Source: Bugula neritina
Lineage: Eukaryota > Animalia > Bryozoa
Reading direction: 5' to 3'
Assembly: GCA_964035545.1 (NCBI GenBank)
Contig: OZ037765.1
Coordinates: 27,899,504-27,963,503, forward strand
DNA: 64,000 nt
This document shows positions 1 to 10,600 of this stretch, piece by piece. Position 1 is the stretch's first letter; each line of letters begins with the position of its first letter. The notes beneath the pieces are model-generated. The model had not been told where the DNA came from and ran no database searches. It was given only the letters and a program-made list of their open reading frames with translations. A program made the position numbers and the translations under genes.

Positions 1-1642
1 AGCTGGGCCAAAGTCATGGAAAGTCTGGTCATGTCAATGGCTAGGCATGTCAAGCCATGATATCCTATAATTCAGACAAAAGCGTTTTAAGGCAAATAAA
101 GAATTGAAATAACTCTAGCTATTTAACGGATGCAAATAATGAAAATGTGTTAGTAGTTTGACACATTAGTCAGATTAAATAAAAATATCCAATTATATTT
201 TTAGGAATAGCAGTTTTGAAATTGTTAATAATGGCGTATTGGTAGTTTTTACTGTCACTTTGATGATGCTAACCCTGCCAAACTGATGTTTAGATTGTTA
301 CTGTGATTTTAATATTGGAAATTGCTCTATTCAATAAACTGAACTTTAGACTTACAGTCTGTCTACATTCCTGGGTATCAATAAGAAATGCTGGTGTTTT
401 GGACAATATTTTCATTTAACTGATAACATTTAAATATGATACATTTTGTATATTCAGCAATTTGTGACAATTTTTTTCTTCTGCATATATTATATACTCA
501 CTAGCAAAAAGTTATTCACAAGCTGCGTGGAAACGTAGTTTAACAAGTGCCTTAAAAAACTGTTGTTTTAAAAAAAATTGCAACTATAAAGAAGAGCAAA
601 TGTAGTGACTGAGAAAGGCCATTGCGTGGAATGGGCTGCGCTCAACTGTGAGTTGATCTGATTTGACAATTTAACTTTGACCAATCAAAACTAACTGTAA
701 CAATATTTGTTTTTAGCATAAATATTGTCAGGATTTCTGTTAGATGTCGGTCTAGTATTGCGTTGAATAAAGTTTACTCTTCTAAATTACTATTACTGGT
801 TATTTATGAACCACTTCTTGTTGATTTATTGCTGAATAAGAGTTGAAGATTCCCAATAGTAATGAATAAGTTTTGTTCAAAATCTAGTAATGACTACCTC
901 CTTCAGAGGGAGTTTCTACCTCTATCTTCGATGACATTGACTGGGATACTAATCAGCTATTCCTAGCCATGTCACTGTCACATCTAGAGCTTTGCTGCTA
1001 ATTGAACACTGAATAGTGAGGAGCATATAAAACAGTGTTGTATCAGTAAAATTCCACAGATTGGAATAAATTTCTGCAAAGTAATTCAGTTAATCTGACA
1101 CTAGTGGTAATTGACAAATACTGAAGTTTTCATTCGTGTGTCTTTAGTCACAGCTTTACAGGAGCAGATTTAGGCTTGTATCTCAAAATTTGTTCTTCAT
1201 CCCATTGAATAGCCTACTCAACTTTTTTGAGCAATGCATGGTCAAAATATACTTTCATATGAATGATTTCATATAAGCAAATTATATACATAGCTTACAC
1301 TGAAATAAGATCAAGTAAGAACTTGATCATGTAAGTAATCTATGATATTTAAGCATAATTTAAGTTTAAATTGAATTGCATGTAATTGTTAGTTTTTATA
1401 GTCAAGTGTATAAAGTAGTAGAAGGGCTGATTTTCATATATATTGTATTTGCCTACATTCAATTTTCAGAAAAAAATAGTCAAAATTTTTGTTAGCTAAA
1501 ATATTGTAAGCTTACTCTATGTTTCATGAATTCCAAAATTATGGTTTTATATTTGACAAAGCTAAACAATTTTTATATACAGTTTATTATGAAACTGTTA
1601 TGCTAATAAGGATAGCATTTGATAATTGTAATTGTTAGGTCA

Positions 1643-4600
1643 ATGGAGTCAGTACAAGTTGAAGATAAAACACTTGGTGCATATCCAAATGCTTCACATG
1701 CCTTTGCCACACATCAAACTTGTGAAAACCAAGAAGTTCTCCAGAAAAGTATTCAAAGCAGAAAAAGAGAAAATTGTTTTTCTGATCAATACGTTTTGGG
1801 TAACACTGAAGGATCTCACTTCACCTCACTTGACCATTGTTACTCCAAAATTTGGAACAGCCAGTCGGAGTACAGCTGTGCTCAAACCGCCAAGATTATT
1901 TCATGGCTTGATATTCATAAGCAAAAGTCTCCAATTAAACAATGGTAATGCACAATTCTATAGCGTTTTGTTTCATTTGAATATTTTTTTTGCAGTTAGT
2001 CTTTGTAATGTAAGATTTTGTTTAATTAATATTTTCAGTTTTTCAGGCCATATTTAAGCAATTTTTAAAATACAATTTCTAATTTTGTATATGCAATAGT
2101 TGTGGAGAAGAAGAAATGATTGATGTTGAGACACATATTCCAGTTAATGAACCCCAGTATGATTCCAGCAAAGCCTTGAATTTAATGACTGAATGTGAAC
2201 GAATGGTGAAAAAAGCAAGACCTCACACCAACTTTTCAACAGATGAGCCGATAAACAGGTATAAAGTTGCTTGCAACTTCTATCAAGTGGAGGAATTTCC
2301 TGTTATGGTCAGAAATCTAAGAAAGCATTTACAGCTGAGAGTACATTTCACTGTCATAATATCGGTTAAACAATGGCTCAGCCTGGACCAATGAAATTGC
2401 ATGGTGCTATTTTTAAGCAATCGAGTTTTTTTTTGTTTTTATGGATTTTAAAGAAAGACAAACGATAAAAGTTGAAATGGCAGTAGTTGTTTCAATGGCA
2501 ACAATTATATTACATTTCTTATAAATGGTAATGTACAATTACTCAATAACTTAAATGGTCTTTTAGAAATTTGTTCAAGTTGCCCACATCATATTTTTTA
2601 ATTTTTATTTTATGCTACTCTTTAAAAAATGTTTTTTTTATCACTTGTTCACTTGGTTATAAGATTATACTGGTAAGGGCTTGGTAAATAATTTTCTTGT
2701 TAAAAAGGAGATTTAAATTTAACAATTTTCTTAGCCTATATGATTCTAAGTTATGCTCCAATGTTGTTTAATTGATTTACTTTCAAGTCTGTCTGCTGTC
2801 AAGTAATGCTGTATCTGATTTCAAAACTCTGCTTTATTTGGATTTTTGGGTTTGAAGTTGAATCTCTATAGTGCCGTATCTGAATTGTACAGCTTGAAAC
2901 ATATTTATTGATCTTGGTATGTGATATAGCATTAACATCCTTATTACTTTTTATGATGTAAATACATGAACAAAAGATCTGGTTAACTTGGCAGCAAAAT
3001 AAAAATTCAATAAAATCTGCTGCTTAATGCATTTCTAAACTTAATAGTTTTAGCATTATTTAATTTTGACAGAGCTGGGTGGACTGTGGCACAAAACAAG
3101 CTATTCAACCGGGTGTATAAGACTTTAGTTGGTGCTCGACTGTCAAAGCTTGCAACAGCTGGTATGCCAAACGAGCCAACCCAGAGGAGAGTCTACGCTG
3201 ATAAATGTGCCAGGAGACTGCGCCAAGTGTTGTCTAATGCTTCCTGGGTAATAAATACAATGAACTTATAACACTATAGAATTCCCCAGTGCTAAAGTAT
3301 TTCACTTCTATTTTCTAATAGGTCAAATTTCTGTACAGGTGTTTCATTATATGAAAGTATAAATGCTGTAGCGATATTTTCACCACCAGTTTCACAGAGT
3401 AGATATGTAGAGAGGTGGTAAGCCGCTGAGTAGAAACATACTTAAAAGGGAATTCCGTATTTTCTCAAAAATTCTGATTATTGTCCACTTTCAAATATCT
3501 TATTATATCCAATGTTAAAGAAGAAATTGCCACTTACTTTTGCTGCAAAAGAAATGCTAACTTCAAATAGATCTGTTGGATTACAGACATTTATAGAAGT
3601 GATACTGTCACTTCAAATTATCTAAACAATAGATATATAGTAATGCAGAGAGTTCTGTGCTAAAAAGAAAATACCTTGTCAGCATTTACTACGCTGTTAG
3701 TGGATTACTGACCATATCATGCATTAGCTTTGTGCATGTTTTCTCTCTTTGTGCCTGCATACTGCTCAAAACTTGTTTAAATTATTGCCTCATGTGTTTA
3801 ATACTTTTATTGCAAAATTAGACCTGTATTTCCTAAATAAACTTTATAGACAACAGCTTGTCTTTAAAGTATTTCGTGAATTTGCATTGGTTTCAAGTGA
3901 ACAATATTTTCTTGTGTTTAGGATGAGACTCTGGTGACTTGGTTGCATACCGTATGTATGGGTAACTTACCCAGTGTTATGCTATCTGACTACCTGGAGG
4001 CATTGCAAACACTTAAAGCTAAGGTAACTTTAAACAATGAAAACAACCAGACTTGTTTTTGTGTTGGAAAAACTGGTATTAAAAGCATTTTAGTTTTTGT
4101 CAATTTTTTATGTCTCGTCTTTTAAAATTTTTACAGTTCGTTATTTTACAAGCGATGTAAAAGCATTTTTACAACCTACTCATATGTATTTGTTGTAAAG
4201 TTGCTTGTCAAAATTAACTTTTGAGTAATTTCATTAAAATTTACGACTGTTTAACCATTTAGTTAAATATTTGTTAAGATTCCAAGTCTCATTGATAAAA
4301 TGATAAAATCATCTGACTATTATGAGAAGACTACTGCAAGCTGCCTGGAAGCTGTAGATGCTTTGCTAAAAAGGCCTTGGGACCCACTTGTAGCTATTCC
4401 ATCTCGTGGAAAATTGGTTAGTCTACAGCTGGTTGTAATACTAATCGTGTTTTTAGTTACCCAGAGTTCATAGATGCTTATTTTATCAGCTTTTTTCTGT
4501 GGAAAATGTTTTTTTTAAATTCTATGTTGCCATCGCTAAATTATTTATTGCATGATGACATAGGGTGCAGCCGTGGTGTAGCGGTTAGAGTGCTGGCCTA

Positions 4601-7600
4601 GTAAACACGAGATCAGTGGGTGGAGTCCAACCACTGTTGGTGATGTTAGGGAGAGCATCCAGATATAATTGTTCCTGTACCTTATTAGAAGTCCTTAGCC
4701 TCTTTAAAAATGGGTTCTCACATGGGTAGTGACTATAAACTTATGTAAGTGTTTATTATCTCCATGATGTGCTGTAGGAGAAGCTCCCTAAAAATCCTCT
4801 CCTCCTTATAGTCCCCCACGTCTCCTTGCACCAACACGGTATGTTGCCTATAAAAAATCGTAGAGCAAAGCTTTGGAATACGCAGTTGGCAAATTTGGCA
4901 AAAGTGGTGATGGTTCCAGCACCTACTATACCCAAGTCTAGAGATAAGTGGGAGTGTTTCGATGCTATGGTAGGAGCTGTAAGAAATACTATAGCAGAAG
5001 TAAGTGCTTGAGCTCCATCAATTTTTTGTAATGATTTATAAGCAATGTTTGATGTAGTGTATTAAAGAGCAACTACTTATGTAAAGGTAGGATTGTGTAA
5101 GAACAAAGTTTATGTTGTGTTTTATGTTAGAGAAATAAATGTTTATTATAGCAGACTTAAAGGAAAGCAATGTGTAAAAAAGGTTATCTCATGAGTTATA
5201 AGTTGCAAGTACAAGTGTGAGATACAAGTCTGGATAAGTGAAAAACGGCTGGGTTTTTATAGTAATAAAAAAGTTAGCTTTTGTGTATTAGCTATAATGA
5301 AAGTGGAAAAGCATGATATGATATGTGAAAAGCTATCATGTATTGGGGGGGAAGCTTTTTCAGCTTATGTAAAGTCCCAACAGTTTAAGACTTCTACTCT
5401 ACAGGACAAACTTCAGACTAAACAAAAATATATTTCCATAAACTCTGTTGAAGGGGCAACTCTGGCAATGTTCAAAAAAGCACTTTTTATAATCATATTC
5501 TAATGATGCAGCTTACGTGTGTGATATTCATATTATGCTTGACTAGAAAGCAATAAAGAGCTCTACCCTTAGGAAAAGTAGCCATTTTAGGAAGGCTTTC
5601 ATGACAGTACCAATGATCCTACTCTCACATGAACCATTTGAATTTGGGTGTTTCCAATTTATGATGCCTTTTTAAAAGCATGCTGATGCGCATGTGTGCA
5701 TGTTGTTAATGTATACCGTGTTATATATCTGAATTATAGAATAAAGAACTGTATCCAAACAAACCAATTATATTGATGGGTTGGAACTTTGGTGCTCTTC
5801 TCTCTATATATGTAAGTGATAGTAACGCTTTTTTGTTTAATATATAGCAGTTTCTACTTTTTCAATTCACATCTCTTATTATGACTTTATATGCCTAACA
5901 GTTGTTTTAGTAAAATTTTAGCATTTTTTATTTTAGCAAATCTCTATTAGATTTTCCTACAATAAACAATACATTGTTGGTTATTTTAGTAGTATGATAG
6001 ATTTTAGTATTCTATAATTTCTACCACATCATATCGCATTAATCTGATTTGAATTTTTTTAGTTCAAGTTAGAGGGAATCAGTAATTAATAGAATACTGA
6101 ATAAATAGTTACATTTGGTGGTTTTGGATCAGTGAATTGAATGCTAAAACACACAAATGTACTTCCTTGTATATTCAAAAACATTTTGTACGTCTCACTT
6201 CTCATATAGATTGGCTCCATGGAGAAAATCTCAGCAGTGGTAGCAATGGGGTATCCTATCATGGGTGTGAATGGGCTGAGAGGGGTAAGTTGAAGCTTTC
6301 ACTTGGTATAGCTATCAACTCTAACAGTTTTGAAATTTTTTTAATATCAATTGATTTTTTTACTATTACTCCAAATGTTTTATCACTTATTTCAGGATGC
6401 TGATGACGTTATTATGGATTCCATAACCCCCACATTGTTTGTTATTGGAGAACATGCCCAGACTTGTCCCATTGCTGACTTGGAGAATATGAGAGAAAAG
6501 ATGAGAGCCAAAAATCATTTAGTGGTTGTGGCTGGTGCTAATGACCACTTGAATGTTAATTTCAAGACTAAGAAGGAGCACAGCCTCACGCAGAGTGTTG
6601 TTGATAGATGTATCCTGGTGAGATGCTTTCTATTGTACCAGTTACCTTTTGTCTCTTTGCAAACTCCAAACCTCTACTTCCTGCTTCTACATGTTACACT
6701 GGCTAAGGTTATGCAATGCAAAGATTTGTGATACTAAAATAAATACTTGCCAATTTTATTGCCAGCTTTTAAATTAATTCAATAAATTTATGGAAGCATG
6801 CTAATTGCATTTTTCTTTTATAACATACCTTATGCTATGTGAACTTATAATCTGCATAATATTATTCATTCATTCATCATCATTAGCTGTCCTTCGTGTC
6901 CGAAGATGACTTCCGGTGAATCATGGTCCTCCATTTACATCTGTCTTTGCTGAGAGATTGCCAGCTACCAATAGGGATCCTCAGGTCTTTTAGATTGCGT
7001 TTAACGGTATCTTTGAATCTCAGTCGCGGCCTGCCAACACCACGGGTGCCTTCTTTCAGTTGTGAATAGAGAATTTGTTTAGGTAATCTAGAGTTATCCA
7101 TTCGATGCACATGACCAGCCCATCTCAGGTTTTTTTGAATGAGTAGTTCATACATGCTGGGTAGATTTGCCTGTGCTAGAGTCTCCTCATTCGAGATGAA
7201 ATCCCACCACTTCACGTTCAAGATCTGGCGTAGATGTCTCATCATATAGGTGTTGAATTTGTGAGCGGCTATCCTGTATACAGGCCAGGCCTCCGCTCCA
7301 TAGAGCAGAGAGGACAGGACAATGGCTCTGTACACTGTACACTTGGTCTTGAATGACAGATCCTTATTGTACCACACTTTGGTCTTTAGTCTGCCGAATG
7401 AGATTGAAGCATTGGACATCCTTGTATGAATCTCTTCATCCATCTTGTTGTTGCACATCACTGTAGACCCAAGATATTTAAACTTATTGACGTTGGCAAG
7501 GTCTTCATTATCTATGCAGATACTGTCACCACTGTCATGGGCTCCAGGTGCCGGTTGGTAGAGCGTTTCCGTTTTCTTGATATTGATCTTCAGACCAAAA

Positions 7601-10600
7601 GCTTTGGAAGCTCTGGCGAATCTGTCGACTAATTCCTGTGCATCGCCAATTGCTGTGTGCAACGAAGGCAGTGTCGTCAGCAAACATGAGTTCTCTAACC
7701 AATACTTTCTGTGTTCTTGTTGTTGACTTGTATTGGTTCACATTGAACAGATCAGCTCCAGGTCTACTTTGAATCCAGACGCCTTTATCACAGTTCTCAA
7801 ATGCGTGCTGTAGAACAGCCGATAAGAAAATAGAGAATAGCGTTGGAGCCAACACACATCCTTGTTTCACACCATTGTTGACCTGGAACGACTCAGATAA
7901 CTCCTCCTTCAGCTTGACTGAGGCCTTCATGCCAGTATGGAGAGCGCTGATAAGATTGGTGAAGTGACTGGGAAAACCGAGTTTCTGTAAGATCTTCCAC
8001 AGGGTCGCCCGATCAACAGTATCGAACGCTTTGGTGAAGTCAATGAAGACCATGTACAGGGGCATATTTTGCTCGATGCATTTTTCCTGTATCTGCTTCA
8101 GTGCAAATATCATGTCTGCTGTTCCCCTTCCACTACGGAATCCACACTGAGTTTCGGGTAGGAAGTTTTCTGCATATGATGTCAGTCTATTTAGAAGGAC
8201 ACGAGCAAAAATTTTACCGGGAATTGAGAGCAGGGAGATACCTCTGTAGTTACCGCACAGCTTCCGATCACCCTTTTTGAAGATGGTTATAAGTTGGGCA
8301 TCTTTCCAATCTTGAGGGACTACAGCAGTTTTCCATGTCTCCTTTATTATCTCATGGAGAGTACTTATTAGTTTGGGCCCTCCCCTTTTGATAACCTCAG
8401 GGTGAATACCATCAGAGCCAGGTGATTTCCCTTCACTTAGCATCGAAGTTGCCTTGATCTCTTCAATATCTGGGCAATCGTCCATCCAGTCCTGAATGGG
8501 AGCTTGTCTCAGGTTCTCAATGATGTTGTCATCAATATCTGGAGTCTCGTTTAGTAGCTTGCTGAAATGCTCTGTCCATCTCGCTAGAAGATCTTGTTTT
8601 TCTGTCAGGAGTGTTGAGCTGTCACTGGCCAGGAGCTGGTCAGGATGACTCACTCTTGGACCCCAAACAGTTTTCGTGCTTTGGTAAAAGCCTTTCATGT
8701 CGTTAGTGTCAGCAAACCGTTGCAGTTCAGCAGCTTTTGCCAACCACCAGTCGTTCTTGAGCTCCCTGCATCTTCCTGTGAGTTTTCTGCCAGCCATTCT
8801 AAGCTTTGACTTGTTCGAGCGAGTATTCCTGGTTAACATGTCTGCTCTGGCGTTGTTTCTCTTCTGGATGAGTTCTTGAAGCTCATCATTATTCTCGTCA
8901 AACCAGTCCTCATGCTTCCTGCTGACAGTGCCGAGGTGCACTTTTGACTCTGCATAAACTATCTCTTTGAATGCTCTCCACTTATTCTCTACGCCCTCTG
9001 GAGCAGAGTTCAGTTTCCCAGCAAGGGACTTTTCCAGTTCTTGTCTTACTTCCTCATTCTTAAGTCGAGAAACGTCCAGCTTCTGGCAAGGTGTTCTCCC
9101 TTTCTTCATTTTTCTCCTCACTCTGAGCTTAGCTTTTGACCTGATCATGATGTGGTCAGTACTGCAATTCGCCCCTCTCATCGCCCTTGTGTCCAGAATG
9201 TCTGGTAGATCACATTGTCGTGTGATAACAAAGTCGATGAGATGCCAGTTCTTGCTTCTCGGGTGCATCCAAGAAAACTTGTGAGCTGGTTTATGCTTGA
9301 AGAAGGTGTTGGTAATGCACAGTTGATGTTCACTACAGACTGAGATCAGAAGTTCACCATTGGAGTTCAGGTTTCCGCAGCCATACTTGCCTATCACACC
9401 GGGCCAGGTTGAGTGATCTTGTCCAACCCTAGCATTGAAGTCCCCCATGAGTAAGATCTTATCAGCTGCTGGGACTGATCTTAGAGCCTGATTCAGTTGG
9501 TCATAGAATCTGTTGATGTTTTCTTGGCTGTTTGTCATCGTGGGAGCATAGACAGCTATCACAGTGCACCATCGCTCATCAGACAGAGGAACCCTGAGTG
9601 ACATCAGTCTGTCGCTTATAGCCTTTGGCTCTTCGATTAGTCTCGAAACAAGTTCGTTCCTGATAGCAAGAGCCACGCCTGACTCACTGCGCTCAGATGC
9701 AGTTTTGCCACTCCAATAAATGGTGTAGCCTGACTCTTCACGAATGTTACCGGTATCTTTGAATCTGATTTCACTCAGTGCTGCAATGTCGATGCCATAC
9801 TTCTGTAGTTCAGATGAAATGATTGCACTTCTTCTCTCAGGTCTTTCTTTCTGTGTTCTCACGGTCTAGCATTGTTCGTATGTTCCATGATGCAAGGTTG
9901 AGTTTAGAAATTTGGACCTTTTTATCCTGGGCGACGTCCTGCCAGTATGATTTCGTGTTCATTTTTCTTTTCATGATTCAATCGGATTATACTGACAAGA
10001 AGTTTAAGGATACTTAGGGTTTTGTCAGTTGCTTAAGCACCCCTCTCCACTAAAGAAGTACGCTGTGCTGGCAAGGAGTGTCCAGGACGAGCACAGCAGT
10101 TCAGTAGTCGCAGTGACTGGCCGAGTAATTCGCCCTCTCAGAGTGTCACGTTTCTGGATGGATTGTTGTCTGGGTGATCAACCCATAGATCCTCATACTA
10201 TTAGCCTGGGTGTATCTACACCCAGTTACCAGTGGTGACCGCTTGGAGGTTAGTATGAAGTCTTGACTGATGGGAACTTCTCTACAGTACATCATTGCCA
10301 TCAGTCCTTGGATGCTGGGGTCCGTAGTGTAAACTGGTACAGCTCTTGGTTCCATCATCCACCACCACTTCATTCATTCATTCATAGAGCACTAATAATT
10401 GAAGTAACACTTCATAATTGCCCCTTATCTTTTGACTGTTATCATTAGCACTATGTGGGTGATGTTTTCAGTTTCTTGTTTCTATTACTTGGCTTCATTT
10501 ATATAGGATGAAATTCGATCATATTTAGAGAAGATCTTAACCACTCCAAACAATATTTTAATGCCCAAACTTTCGCTCACAGCTTCCATGGAAAAGATTA

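Larger units (their letters stand above)
6878..10368 (-). mobile_element. Full-length RTE-clade non-LTR retrotransposon (about 3.5 kb), antisense in KANSL3 intron 9
   Basis: Single APE+RT ORF, a ~390-nt 5' UTR and no ORF1. The stop codon runs directly into a (TGA)n tail. The 13-bp direct repeat TTCATTCATTCAT at 6865-6877 and 10369-10381 is the probable TSD. Confidence 0.93.

Noticed and set aside
4568-4640. Functional tRNA-Thr(AGT) gene
   Set aside because: The stems do not close, the T-loop/B box is degenerate and no poly-T terminator follows. It fits a SINE head better.
7535-7683. Programmed frameshift or two-ORF organisation of the RTE
   Set aside because: The break lies just after the FADD motif inside the RT domain and is repaired by deleting one base. 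RTE elements have a single ORF.
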